DNA from: Bacillota bacterium
GTDB lineage: Bacteria > Bacillota > Dehalobacteriia > UBA4068
Length of the DNA: 64,000 nt
Direction of reading: 5' to 3'
NCBI GenBank assembly: GCA_050949225.1
Contig: JBMNFI010000002.1
Coordinates: forward strand, 125,003-189,002
Part shown: in pieces, positions 1-9,399 of the stretch
How the letters are laid out: each line of letters begins with the position of its first letter
Position numbering within the stretch: position 1 is the first letter of the stretch
Position numbers and translations under genes: made by a program
The notes under the pieces: generated by a model
Databases searched by the model: none
What the model was told of the DNA's origin: nothing
The model's input: only the letters and a program-made list of their open reading frames with translations

Positions 1-975
1 TTCTATGCGGTCTTGTTGGAAATGCCGCACGAGAAAGCCTTTTTGTTTCAGTTGTTGGTACAGTTTTTTACCGTTTATGTGGGGGTGTTTAATGAACAAA
101 AAATTAGCTTGTGAATCCGTCATGTCAAAACCGATTTCTTTTAAAGATTTTTTGGCTTGTTCACGGCTTTCAATAACCTTTTGATTGCATGTCGTAAAAT
201 ATTCTTGATCTTGTAGTGCTGCAATGCTGGCCGCTTGTGTCATACTGCTGACATTATAAGGATTAAAGGAATATTTAATTTTGTTTAAATCCTCAATTAT
301 AGATTCGGAAGTCAGAGCATAGCCGCAGCGAGCACCGGCGAGAGAGCGTGATTTTGATAAAGTAGAACTGATTAAAAGGTTATCATATTTTGCCAATAAG
401 CTTACGCAGCTTTGTCCGCTGAATTCACTGTAAGCTTCATCAATAAAAACCAGATGGTCGGGATTATGTTTTAGGATGGTTTCGATTTTTTCAAGTGTCA
501 GCGACAGTCCCGTTGGAGCATTGGGATTAGGCAAAAAGATGGTAGCATTATTATTCAGATAATTATCTACATCGATGGAAAAATCCTCTTTTAGCGGAAT
601 TTCCAGGCTGGGGACGCCAAAAAGCTGTGAGTAAACCTTAAAAAAACCATAGCTGATATCAGGATACTGGGCAGGAGTATCTTGGTCACAAAAAGCCATG
701 AAACAAAAGGCCATCACCTCATCGGAGCCGTTAGCCGTAAAAACCTGCTGTTTTTTAAGACCATAATGTTTGGCTAAGGCCATTGTTAGCTCAGAGGCTT
801 GTGAATCCGGATATAGCTGCAGTGACTCGATCTCCCCCAGAACGGCCGGCATAACTTGTGGTGAAGGGGGATAAGGGTTTTCGTTGGTATTAAGCTTAAT
901 TTCTTTGTCTGTAGGCTGTGGTCCCGGATTGTATGGCTCGAGAGCAGAAAGACGTTTGCTAAAAAACTTACTCAT
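1..975 (-). CDS. hisC: Histidinol-phosphate aminotransferase (3' end runs off window)
   Basis: Not in ORF track. Reverse strand from ATG 975 reads MSKFFSKRLSALEPYNPGPQPTDKEIKLNTNENPYPPSP, with NGSDE, NPNAPTG and DEAY motifs further on; start overlaps hisD stop. Confidence 0.93.
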   Translation of the reverse strand, partial: MSKFFSKRLSALEPYNPGPQPTDKEIKLNTNENPYPPSPQVMPAVLGEIESLQLYPDSQASELTMALAKHYGLKKQQVFTANGSDEVMAFCFMAFCDQDTPAQYPDISYGFFKVYSQLFGVPSLEIPLKEDFSIDVDNYLNNNATIFLPNPNAPTGLSLTLEKIETILKHNPDHLVFIDEAYSEFSGQSCVSLLAKYDNLLISSTLSKSRSLAGARCGYALTSESIIEDLNKIKYSFNPYNVSSMTQAASIAALQDQEYFTTCNQKVIESREQAKKSLKEIGFDMTDSQANFLFIKHPHINGKKLYQQLKQKGFLVRHFQQDRIE

Positions 976-2270
976 TTTTCATCCTCCTCAAAACGAATAG
1001 ATATTGATCTGGCATGTGCAGGAAGACCCTCTTGATGGGCAAAATCGATAAGGCGATCTTTTACCTTTGATAGGGCTGCCTTGCTGTAATAAATAAAAGA
1101 AGATTTTTTTACAAAATCATCCACCGAAAGCGGCGAAGAAAAACGCGCTGTCCCATTGGTAGGGAGGGTGTGGTTTGGCCCCGCAAAATAGTCACCTAAG
1201 GCCTCCGGAGTGTTTTTACCGAGGAAAATAGATCCGGCATGGTAAATCTGCTCTAATACGCTGAAGGGATCATCTAAGCAAATCTCCAAGTGCTCCGGAG
1301 CAATAAGATTGCTTATTTTAATAGCCTCGTCGAGATTATTTGTAATAACAATACTGCTGTTATTAGTAATTGCCTGGTCGGCTATTTTTTGGCGAGTTGA
1401 TTGCTGCAGTTGTTTTTCTAACTCTTGTGAGACTGTTTGTGCCAGTTCTTGGCTGGTGGTTATCAGGATTGCCGCAGCCAGGGTATCATGTTCGGCTTGT
1501 GAAAGCATGTCGGCCGCTACATAGGCCGGGTTGCAGCTTGCATCAGCCAGAATTAATATTTCGCTGGGGCCGGCAATCATGTCAATGGCTACTGAACCGA
1601 AAACTTTTCTTTTAGCGGTGGTTACGTAAATATTGCCCGGACCGACAATCTTATCAACCTTTGGTATACTCTCTGTTCCGTATGCTAAAGCGGCGATGGC
1701 ATGGGCTCCTCCCATTTTGAAAATCCTACCTATGCCGGCGATTTTGGCCGCCGTAAGGATAGAGGAGGGAATTTCCCCGTTGGGAGAAGGAGGTGTGACC
1801 ATTATTATTTCTTTAACACCGGCTATTCTCGCCGGCAGGGCATTCATTAATACCGAAGAGGGGTAGCTGGCCGTCCCTCCGGGAACATAAATACCGACCC
1901 TCTCTAAAGGAGTGTATTTTTGCCCTAAAGTGATACCTTTTTGATCATCGAGAAGAAAATCGCTGTGCAGCTGTTTTTTGTGGAATTTTTTGATATTAGC
2001 TGCCGCAATCTCCAATGTTTCTCTAAAATAGGGGTCACAATTTATATAGGCCGCTTCTATTTCTTGAAAAGGAACCTCTAAAGCTGTTAAGTCAACTTGG
2101 TCAAATTTTTTTATATAGGCAAAAAGAGCCTGATCACCATCTTTTTTAACTGCGGCGATGATTTCTTCTACGATGGTTTCCACTTGGGTATAATCGGGAG
2201 TTTTGCGAGAGCAAATATCTGTTATTTTAAACTGTAAGGGGTTTTGACGAAGATCCCATATTTTAATCAT
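972..2270 (-). CDS. hisD: Histidinol dehydrogenase
   Basis: YVPGG, DKIVGPGN, AGPSE, QAEH, APEHLE, AGPNHTLPT motifs; start moved to ATG 2270 (GGAGG upstream, overlaps hisG stop). Confidence 0.95.
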   Translation of the reverse strand: MIKIWDLRQNPLQFKITDICSRKTPDYTQVETIVEEIIAAVKKDGDQALFAYIKKFDQVDLTALEVPFQEIEAAYINCDPYFRETLEIAAANIKKFHKKQLHSDFLLDDQKGITLGQKYTPLERVGIYVPGGTASYPSSVLMNALPARIAGVKEIIMVTPPSPNGEIPSSILTAAKIAGIGRIFKMGGAHAIAALAYGTESIPKVDKIVGPGNIYVTTAKRKVFGSVAIDMIAGPSEILILADASCNPAYVAADMLSQAEHDTLAAAILITTSQELAQTVSQELEKQLQQSTRQKIADQAITNNSSIVITNNLDEAIKISNLIAPEHLEICLDDPFSVLEQIYHAGSIFLGKNTPEALGDYFAGPNHTLPTNGTARFSSPLSVDDFVKKSSFIYYSKAALSKVKDRLIDFAHQEGLPAHARSISIRFEEDEK

Positions 2271-2889
2271 CAACAATAACCTCCGTAAGTTTATCCATAA
2301 TATCTTTAATTTGCTCATTTTTAAATTTGAAGCTGGATTTATTAGCAATTAGACGAGCGCTGATATCTGTAATTTTGCGATATTCTTTAAGATTATTTTC
2401 TCTGGCGGTATTGCCTGATTCCACTAAATCAACGATAACATCAGAAAGACCTAAGATCGGCGCCAGCTCGATCGAACCATGAAGTTTAATGATCTCAATT
2501 TCTCTATTTAATGAAGCATAGTAGTTTCTGGTAACATTAACAAAAGAAGTGGCGACTCGCAAAGTGCGATCCGTATCTTCAAAATAATCATTGGGAGCCA
2601 GCACCTCCATGCGACATTTACCAATTTTTAAATCAAGAAGCTCGTAGATATCGGCTTCTTTTTCCAGAAGGATATCTTTGCCGACCACGCCAATATCCGC
2701 GGCCCCATGTTCTACATAGATAGCAACATCTGAAGGTTTGACCAAAAAGTAACGCACGTTGTTTTCAGGGTTTTCCACAATCAGCTTGCGATTATCTTCA
2801 TAAATGGCTTCACAATCATAGCCTATGCGGGCAAAAAGCTGGTATACTTTATCGCCCAAGCGTCCTTTGGGTAAAGCAATGTTAAGCAT
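2263..2889 (-). CDS. hisG: ATP phosphoribosyltransferase, short form
   Basis: IALPKGRL, GSIELAP, DVIVDLVESG; 208 aa short form next to hisZ. Confidence 0.95.
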   Translation of the reverse strand: MLNIALPKGRLGDKVYQLFARIGYDCEAIYEDNRKLIVENPENNVRYFLVKPSDVAIYVEHGAADIGVVGKDILLEKEADIYELLDLKIGKCRMEVLAPNDYFEDTDRTLRVATSFVNVTRNYYASLNREIEIIKLHGSIELAPILGLSDVIVDLVESGNTARENNLKEYRKITDISARLIANKSSFKFKNEQIKDIMDKLTEVIVDD

Positions 2890-4009
2890 GATCTGTCACC
2901 TCCGTCATTTTGCCATCCCGATACCTGTATAATTTTTTATAGCGCAGTTCGGCAGGGATAAATTTTTCCGTTCTTACGGATTGTCCCCCTTCGATCATCT
3001 TAAGAATAGCACAGGACATTTTTCCAAAATCGGTGTCCTGATCATACAGTACCAAGGAATCAATATCATAGTCGGGGGTTTCTTTACAGTATTGTTCTAA
3101 CATATTAAGATAGATGGCAAAGCCAATGGCACCAATATCTTTACCAAATTTTTTCATGAGATTATCATATCTTCCCCCCGTTAGCACGGCATGGGGAATT
3201 TTTTCCACATAACCTTGGAAAATTATACCACTATAATAGTCAATGTCGTTGATGATGGAAAAATCCAACTGCAAATTCTGAGAAAACTTACTAAAAGAAA
3301 TGGCCTTATATAGTTCCTCTAATTCTGTAAGAGCCTCCTGCATTTGATCGTTGATCACGATTTCTTGTGCGGCTTGTAAAGTTTTTTCAAAATCGCCATA
3401 CAGAGAACAAATAGCTATTAGTTTTTCTTGATAAAATTGTGAAACCCCTAGTTTTTGAGTGATTTCTCGTAGCTCGTGAGCATTTTTACTGCTGATGCAA
3501 TTCATCAGAGCGGTTTTGCTTTGTGCTTCGACCTGCAAACTGTTGATCAAAGAGCTGACAAATCCCATATGCGAAATATCAAGAATAAAGTGATCATTAA
3601 TTTTACAAAGGCTTTTGATAGCCAGTCGGATAACCTCAATAATGGTATATAAGTCAACATCACCGAGGTATTCCAAGCCCATTTGATTGATTTCTTTATA
3701 TTCGTTGTTGCGTCTGGATAAACGATAGACATTTTCCAAATAATATAACTTTTGACTATTTAGCTTATCAGCATTGGTATTTTTGACAATAGATAAAGTT
3801 ACATCAGGCTTTAAAGCCAGCAAGCGACCATTTACATCTGTAAAAGTGATAATATTTTCGCTGGTTAGAAAACTTTTATTTTCGGCGTAAAGATCATATG
3901 ACTCGAATTTGCTCATCCGGTATTTTTTATAGCCCAGTTGTTCAAAGAGCTTACGCAGGCTTAAAGTAATTTTTTCCTCTTTTTTAAGGGTGTCTAAAAA
4001 AAGCTCCAT
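2882..4009 (-). CDS. hisZ: ATP phosphoribosyltransferase regulatory subunit
   Basis: HisRS-like motifs ALKPDVT, QMGLE, YYSGIIF, GGRYD; start set at ATG 4009 after AAAGGAG. Confidence 0.9.
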   Translation of the reverse strand: MELFLDTLKKEEKITLSLRKLFEQLGYKKYRMSKFESYDLYAENKSFLTSENIITFTDVNGRLLALKPDVTLSIVKNTNADKLNSQKLYYLENVYRLSRRNNEYKEINQMGLEYLGDVDLYTIIEVIRLAIKSLCKINDHFILDISHMGFVSSLINSLQVEAQSKTALMNCISSKNAHELREITQKLGVSQFYQEKLIAICSLYGDFEKTLQAAQEIVINDQMQEALTELEELYKAISFSKFSQNLQLDFSIINDIDYYSGIIFQGYVEKIPHAVLTGGRYDNLMKKFGKDIGAIGFAIYLNMLEQYCKETPDYDIDSLVLYDQDTDFGKMSCAILKMIEGGQSVRTEKFIPAELRYKKLYRYRDGKMTEVTDHA

Positions 4010-4050
4010 TTTTAGGCTCCTTTCTTTATCTAAAATGAACTTGCAATTTA

Positions 4051-4096
4051 GTATATAATACTTTATCGCATTAGTCAAGTAAATCGATAAAGTATT
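4051..4096 (-). promoter_or_regulatory. sigmaA promoter of his operon overlapped by a 12-bp inverted repeat (putative HisR operator)
   Basis: Minus strand TTGACT-N17-TATACT; AATACTTTATCG (4057-4068) / CGATAAAGTATT (4085-4096) contains the TACTTTA/TAAAGTA half-sites associated with Firmicute HisR sites. Confidence 0.6.
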
Positions 4097-4389
4097 TTAG
4101 TAGCCCTTACCTGTGGTGTGGTACCATCAACAACGGCTAAGGAAAGCGCAGGTATCATGACCCCGTCTAAGGAGTCGCAATCGGACGAACATTGCCAAAA
4201 TTCCACGTCATATCCACGATCTAATATTGCTTGACCAATTTTACGGATCAAGGTTGATTTTCCTACACCCGGTCCGCCTTTTAAGATAAAGATTCGCTCT
4301 AATCCTTGCAAAACCTCTTGATAGAATGAGTGAAATCCTTGAGGAGTGTTACTCCCCGGAAAAATATAACGAGCCTTGCCTTGACGCAT
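4075..4389 (-). pseudogene. 3'-truncated PRK06851-family P-loop ATPase
   Basis: FPGSNTPQGFHSFY, ILKGGPGVGKST, CSSDCDSLDG, AVVDGTTP match the family N-terminus; similarity ends after about 92 aa and the frame runs into the his promoter. Confidence 0.75.
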
Positions 4390-4573
4390 GCTTAACACTT
4401 CCTTTAGATATAGTCCTTTCTTAATCTTATTCTTTGCCCGGTACTTAGTGCCTGACCGAGAAAAACTTTCTGAGTCAGGCAATATTTAGCGATTTTCAGC
4501 ATAGCTATAGAAATAGACAATAAAGATCCTTTTAATTAATATTTTAGTTATGCTTTAGTAAGGAGGGATTGCG

Positions 4574-5800
4574 ATGGTAGAAACCTTTTTTTACCTTAGC
4601 CGCACCTTGTTTTTGCCCAAAGGTTCACCGCCTATTTTAAATATTGAAGATTTAAGAATTGAGGTCAGAAATCATAAAATAGTGGCTGAACAGGAGCAGC
4701 TTTTTTGTGCCGGTGAGGTTGATATTCTTTTGGATTACACTTCGCATGATAAAAAACATCTTTCCGAAGGGAAGCCTTGGCAGGTTTTGATATCAGTGCC
4801 GTTTGAGGTGGATTCCGCAGGTCACAGTAGCTGCCCGCCGCTTTGCGATTTAGAAATTGTTGACGTCGAATGGTTTGTAGTTGCGGCAAATGCCCTGGAA
4901 TTAAATTTACAACTGAGGTTGGTGCCACCGCCGGAAGAGCAACCTTGCCCCGGACAACTTGAATGGGAAATGAGACAGAAAAAAGTAATGAAAGAGGAGT
5001 TGGAAGAAAACATGAAGGAGACTGTAAACGGGATGCATGGTGATAATCTAAAGGAAAAGGAGACAGGGCAGATGCCAAAGAGCTCAAAATCAGTGGATAA
5101 GGCCTGGCAGATTGATAGTGATAAAGAGGAGACAATGGAAATAGTTCAAAAAGCAACGGTCGAGGAAGTAGCAGCTGAAAAAGCAGTAGTTGAAGAGACA
5201 ATAATCGAAAAAACAGTTGACAAAAAAGCAGCAGCTGAAGAGGTAATAGCTGAGGAACAAGTAGCAGAAAAAGTGGCAGCTGAAGAGATGGCAACCAAGG
5301 AGATAGTAGCAGAAGAGGTAGTAGCAGAAGAGGTTGGGGCTAAGGAGATAGAAATTAAAGAAGTAATGGCTGAAGAAGTAATGGCTGAAGAAATAGTAGC
5401 CGAAGAAATGGCGGCGGTAAAGACGGTAGCTATTGTCAGTGAGATGCCGGATGATGTCTCTTTAGCTGAGCAGGTACTTTCCGAACAAGCGGTAGAAAAT
5501 GAACAGAAAGGGATAATGACAGCAACCTCATCAGAAGAAAAGACTTTGTCTGTTGACAGTAAAAAAATCGAGGAAGTTATCTCTGAGGCTGCATCTAAGG
5601 CAGAGGCAGACAGCTGTTTATCTGAGGTTCAGCAACAGGATAAGGGCAACTTTTGTTTACGTTTTTATCGTGTGCAGCCCGGAGAGGAAGGGATCACCAT
5701 TGCTTTACGTTTTGGGGTTTCTCCGGAGGATTTGGCTGCTAAAAACAAGATAAATTTGCAGGACATCCAGTCCGGTATGATGTTAAGTATTCCTTCTTGA
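4574..5800 (+). CDS. SpoVID/SipL-like spore coat morphogenetic protein with acidic repeat linker and C-terminal LysM
   Basis: N-terminal beta-rich domain, Glu/Ala/Val-rich linker, C-terminal LysM-like FYRVQPGE..IALRFGVS.EDLAAKN...G.MLSIP. Confidence 0.6.
   Translation: MVETFFYLSRTLFLPKGSPPILNIEDLRIEVRNHKIVAEQEQLFCAGEVDILLDYTSHDKKHLSEGKPWQVLISVPFEVDSAGHSSCPPLCDLEIVDVEWFVVAANALELNLQLRLVPPPEEQPCPGQLEWEMRQKKVMKEELEENMKETVNGMHGDNLKEKETGQMPKSSKSVDKAWQIDSDKEETMEIVQKATVEEVAAEKAVVEETIIEKTVDKKAAAEEVIAEEQVAEKVAAEEMATKEIVAEEVVAEEVGAKEIEIKEVMAEEVMAEEIVAEEMAAVKTVAIVSEMPDDVSLAEQVLSEQAVENEQKGIMTATSSEEKTLSVDSKKIEEVISEAASKAEADSCLSEVQQQDKGNFCLRFYRVQPGEEGITIALRFGVSPEDLAAKNKINLQDIQSGMMLSIPS
5160..5415 (+). repeat. 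Degenerate 15-bp coding tandem repeat (EEVxA pentapeptide)
   Basis: e.g. gaagtaatggctgaa x2 then gaaatagtagccgaa; translates EEVMA/EEIVA/EEVVA. Confidence 0.75.
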
Positions 5801-5834
5801 TGTGCACAAATAAGGACTGTAATTCAATAGAAAT

Positions 5835-5856
5835 GAGGACTTCGGTCCTCTTTTTT
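5835..5856 (+). terminator. Rho-independent terminator
   Basis: GAGGAC-TTCG-GTCCTC followed by T6. Confidence 0.85.
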
Positions 5857-5908
5857 ATGTATTTTTTCTCATCCGGATGGGTAAATTAAGCAAAAGCCTA
5901 ACGAGGAG

Positions 5909-6352
5909 TTGATATTTGTGTTACCATTTATTTTTGCGGCTATCGCAGGTGTTTTAATGGCTATCCAAGGTTCAATGAATGGCGCGCTTGGTCGTATAGT
6001 GGGGACTTTAGAGGGGACTTTTCTTGTACATGCTATAGGTTTAGGGGCGGTAGCAGTTCTGCTTTTTTTAATTGGTCTTGGTAAAGGTGATCTCGGGAAA
6101 CTCCCGGAAATACCCTGGTATCTTTATCTGGGAGGGATTATTAATGTAGCTATTATTTTCTGGGTGATGTTTTCCATTGATAAGATTGGGGCCGGAAATG
6201 CTACCACGGCTATTATTGCCGGCCAGTTGACGATGGCGATGATTGTTGATGCCTGTGGTTTGTTTGGCTTGCCTCAGCATGGTATGACTTGGTTGCGTGG
6301 GTTGGGTTTGGCGATGATGGTAATTGCCGGCAAATTGATGTTAGTTAAATAG
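5909..6352 (+). CDS. DMT/YdcZ (DUF606) family membrane transporter
   Basis: AGVLMAIQGSMNG, PWYLYLGG, GQL..AM.VD..G.FG signature; about 5 TM segments. Confidence 0.85.
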   Translation: MIFVLPFIFAAIAGVLMAIQGSMNGALGRIVGTLEGTFLVHAIGLGAVAVLLFLIGLGKGDLGKLPEIPWYLYLGGIINVAIIFWVMFSIDKIGAGNATTAIIAGQLTMAMIVDACGLFGLPQHGMTWLRGLGLAMMVIAGKLMLVK

Positions 6353-6421
6353 ATTTTTAAAAATAAAACAGCGATAAAGGACTTATTTGTAATCCCTTTT
6401 GCATAAATCTCTAAAATGGTC

Positions 6422-6450
6422 TTGACAAATTTGTCAGCTTTTGGGATAAT
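6422..6450 (+). promoter_or_regulatory. sigmaA promoter of tRNA-Met
   Basis: TTGACA-N17-GATAAT, 16 bp upstream of the tRNA. Confidence 0.75.
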
Positions 6451-6466
6451 CGATAGGTAGGTCTTT

Positions 6467-6542
6467 GGCGGTGTAGCTCAGCGGTCAGAGCACTCGGCTC
6501 ATACCCGGGGTGTCGCTGGTTCAATTCCAGCCACCGCTACCA
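6467..6542 (+). tRNA. tRNA-Met (CAT), elongator-type
   Basis: Cloverleaf GGCGGTG.../CACCGCT-ACCA, anticodon arm CTCGG-CT CAT AC-CCGGG; lacks the initiator C1:A72 pair and GGG:CCC stem. Confidence 0.93.
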
Positions 6543-6583
6543 AAACCTTTCGGCTAGCGAATCTAGTTTGCCGAGGGTTTTTT
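6543..6583 (+). terminator. Rho-independent terminator after tRNA-Met
   Basis: AAACCTTTCGGC...GCCGAGGGTTTTTT. Confidence 0.7.
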
Positions 6584-6676
6584 GTTTTACTTCATCATTT
6601 GCCCATGAGCGACGATCTTTGTCATGGTGATGAGGTTATTTTTAAGATTGTGATGGAGGATCCGCTAATAACAACG

Positions 6677-6705
6677 TTGACAATATAAGCTTTTTATAGT
6701 AATAT
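6677..6705 (+). promoter_or_regulatory. sigmaA promoter upstream of FmdE leader
   Basis: TTGACA-N17-TAATAT. Confidence 0.6.
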
Positions 6706-6790
6706 AAAAGATGTATTTTTGGAGAATACAGATACAACATTCATGAAGAATGTAGTTTCACTAAATTTTACTAAATGAACTGTGTCGCAG

Positions 6791-6830
6791 ATGACGCTCT
6801 TTCACCGAAGTGGAAAAGTGTCGTTTTTTT
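6791..6830 (+). terminator. Terminator within FmdE leader (attenuator or sRNA end)
   Basis: ATGACGCTCTTTCAC-CGAA-GTGGAAAAGTGTCGT plus T-run, 175 bp before the FmdE ATG. Confidence 0.75.
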
Positions 6831-7004
6831 GTTTTAAAATTGATTTTGTTCCTGTTTTTCCATCAAGTTTTTTATTATTTGATATGAAAAACGCCGGAAA
6901 AGTTATTGTGACGAAATTTAAGGTATGATCTCTTGTATTCGAGCCTTACTTAAGGAAAGAGGGGATCAAAAAAATCATAGTATTATTTAAAGGGGGAAAA
7001 AGCG

Positions 7005-7538
7005 ATGAATGAACAGCTTTGGCAAGAATGTATTGATTTTCATGGACATGAGTGTATAGGTTTAGCAATAGGTTTTAGAGCGGCTTTATATGCCAAGGAA
7101 GAATTTTGCGCTAATGAAAGAAGTGAGGATGAGGAATTAGTTTGTGTTACCGAAAACGATGCTTGCGGCGTTGATGCAATACAGTTGATAACTGGTTGTA
7201 CCTTTGGTAAAGGCAACTTGATTTATCGTCCTACGGGTAAAAATGCCTTCTCTTTTTTTAATCGAGAAAACGGTAAGAAAATTAGAATTATCATGAAACA
7301 TGGCAGAATGGACGGAGAAGATCGAGAGGCTGCACAAAATTTTATACTCGATGCTCCCTTTGAGGAATTGTTTACTACGAGCGAGCCAGCATTTGCCCTA
7401 CCGGAACGTGCACGTATTTTTGTCTCCCGCGTGTGTGAGGAGTGTGGTGAGAGTGCTCCGGAACATAAAATGAGATTTCAGCAGGGGAAAATAGTTTGTT
7501 TAGATTGTTTTAAGGCATATAATAGGGGTTGGGAATGA
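7005..7538 (+). CDS. FmdE family metal-binding protein with C-terminal zinc finger
   Basis: FHGHECIGLAIG, END.CGVDAIQ..TGCT.GKGNL, C-terminal CEECGE...CLDC. Confidence 0.92.
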   Translation: MNEQLWQECIDFHGHECIGLAIGFRAALYAKEEFCANERSEDEELVCVTENDACGVDAIQLITGCTFGKGNLIYRPTGKNAFSFFNRENGKKIRIIMKHGRMDGEDREAAQNFILDAPFEELFTTSEPAFALPERARIFVSRVCEECGESAPEHKMRFQQGKIVCLDCFKAYNRGWE

Positions 7539-8626
7539 GCGAAGGTAAGCGGAAACTGGTTTTACAGGCCAATGGTATAAGTGCCTATCATGGACATATC
7601 AAAAGAAAAATGGTTACGATTGTCCTGTTGATTATTGCTACGGCGGGTTTAATGGTGCTGTCCCTTAATGCTGGAGCAGCAGACTTAACGTTTAGTCAAT
7701 TGATCCAGATTTTATTAGGGCAAGGTGATGCACGTTCATCATTGGTGGTGTGGAATATTCGCCTGCCTAGAGTGCTGGCCGCTCTTATTGCAGGCGCAGG
7801 GTTAAGTGTTGCCGGGTGCGTCATGCAAAATATTCTAAAAAACCCTCTGGCCTCACCTTCAACCTTGGGTATTTCAAGTGCGGCCGCTTTTGGTGCAAAT
7901 GTGGCTATTATTGTTTTAGGTGCCGGCACAATCCTACACACCGCCGGTGATGCGGTAGCAATTAGTAATCCTTACCTTGTGACAATATGCGCTTTTTTGA
8001 GCGCACTTGCGGCGACTTTGATTATTATGGGACTTTCCGGACTGAGAGGTTTTTCTCCTTATTCTGTCGTTTTGGCTGGGGTTGCTCTTGGCGCAGTGTT
8101 TACCGCCGGCACTACCGTCATTCAATATTTTGGACCGGACATTAAGGTTGCAGCGGCGGTTTTTTGGACATTCGGTGACTTGGGCCGAGCATCATGGTAT
8201 GAAGTGGGTATTATGAGTATTATCGTGGTGTCTGCCATAGTTTATTTTTACTTTAAAAGATGGGATTATAATGCACTGGCCAGTGGAGAAGAAACGGCCA
8301 AAAGCCTTGGCGTGAACACAAAGCCTACAAGATTTGTCGGTTTGTTGGTATCATCTCTTATTACAGCAGTAGCGGTCTCCTTTTTGGGTATGATTGGTTT
8401 TATCGGTTTATTAGGTCCTCATATGATGAGGAGGATTTTGGGGGAAGATCACCGCTTTTTAATCCCCGCTTCTGCTTTAGCCGGCGCTATTGTTTTATTG
8501 GCAGCAGATATTGTCGCTCGTAGCATTATCTCTCCAATTGTTCTGCCGGTGGGCGCAATCACCTCTCTTTTAGGTGGTCCGATGTTTTTATATCTACTAT
8601 TTCGTGAAAGGAATGTTAGCCTATGA
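7535..8626 (+). CDS. FecCD/BtuC-type ABC permease
   Basis: IRLPR, Q..LKNPLASP, A.SLG, G.IGFIGL..PH; ATGA overlap with FmdE. Confidence 0.92.
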   Translation: MSEGKRKLVLQANGISAYHGHIKRKMVTIVLLIIATAGLMVLSLNAGAADLTFSQLIQILLGQGDARSSLVVWNIRLPRVLAALIAGAGLSVAGCVMQNILKNPLASPSTLGISSAAAFGANVAIIVLGAGTILHTAGDAVAISNPYLVTICAFLSALAATLIIMGLSGLRGFSPYSVVLAGVALGAVFTAGTTVIQYFGPDIKVAAAVFWTFGDLGRASWYEVGIMSIIVVSAIVYFYFKRWDYNALASGEETAKSLGVNTKPTRFVGLLVSSLITAVAVSFLGMIGFIGLLGPHMMRRILGEDHRFLIPASALAGAIVLLAADIVARSIISPIVLPVGAITSLLGGPMFLYLLFRERNVSL

Positions 8627-9399
8627 ATTTCTGTGCAAAGGAGATCACCTATGGATATTCCTCCACTCGTGTACTTAATGGGATTTCTTTTTCTGTTGAA
8701 AAGGGCGAATGTACGGCAATTTTAGGAATAAATGGTGTAGGAAAATCTACCTTGCTAAAATGCTTAAACAATATATTAAAGCCGCATTCCGGCAAGGTTT
8801 TTATCGATGGTGAGTGTACCGATAAAATAGAACGAAATAAGCTGGCTACGAAAATTGGTTATGTGGCGCAAAGTAATCAGTTTCCGGACATCTCTGTTTT
8901 TGATGCCGTTTTACTGGGACGTAAGCCATATATTAAATGGGATGTTACAAAAAAGGATATTGAGATTGTGCAGAACATTTTAGAAAAACTGGGATTAACA
9001 TCATTTGCTTTGCGTTCAGTCAACGCTATGAGCGGTGGTGAAAGGCAAAAGGTCACGATTGCCAGAGCCTTGGCGCAACAGCCGGATATTCTGTTGTTTG
9101 ATGAACCTACAAGCAATCTTGATCTAAAAAATCAGCTAGGGGTAGTTCAGTTGATCCGTGAAATTATTAAAAAGCATAATATATCTGCCATTGTAACAAT
9201 GCATGATTTGAATTTGGCCTTACGATTTGCGGATAAGTTTATCTTGATGGATCAGGGTCGGGTCTTTGCTTGTGGAGATCGTAATGTGATTAATGAAAAA
9301 AATATTCATCAAGTTTACGGAGTAGAGGTTACGGTTCAAAAATATGATGAACAATTTATGGTAATACCAAAGCAAAAACAAGGAGGGAAAGAAGCATGA
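8623..9399 (+). CDS. ABC ATPase (iron-complex/cobalamin class)
   Basis: GINGVGKST, SGGERQ, DEPTSNLD, HDLNLA. Confidence 0.93.
   Translation: MNFCAKEITYGYSSTRVLNGISFSVEKGECTAILGINGVGKSTLLKCLNNILKPHSGKVFIDGECTDKIERNKLATKIGYVAQSNQFPDISVFDAVLLGRKPYIKWDVTKKDIEIVQNILEKLGLTSFALRSVNAMSGGERQKVTIARALAQQPDILLFDEPTSNLDLKNQLGVVQLIREIIKKHNISAIVTMHDLNLALRFADKFILMDQGRVFACGDRNVINEKNIHQVYGVEVTVQKYDEQFMVIPKQKQGGKEA

Noticed and set aside
4665-5294. 209-aa minus-strand ORF rich in Leu/Gln
   Set aside because: Antisense shadow of the Glu/Ala/Val repeat in the LysM gene; the other short ORFs nested in or antisense to assigned genes were rejected the same way.
6706-7000. NiCo, Moco or cobalamin riboswitch before fmdE
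   Set aside because: Conserved cores of these classes are not recognisable; kept only as an unknown leader.
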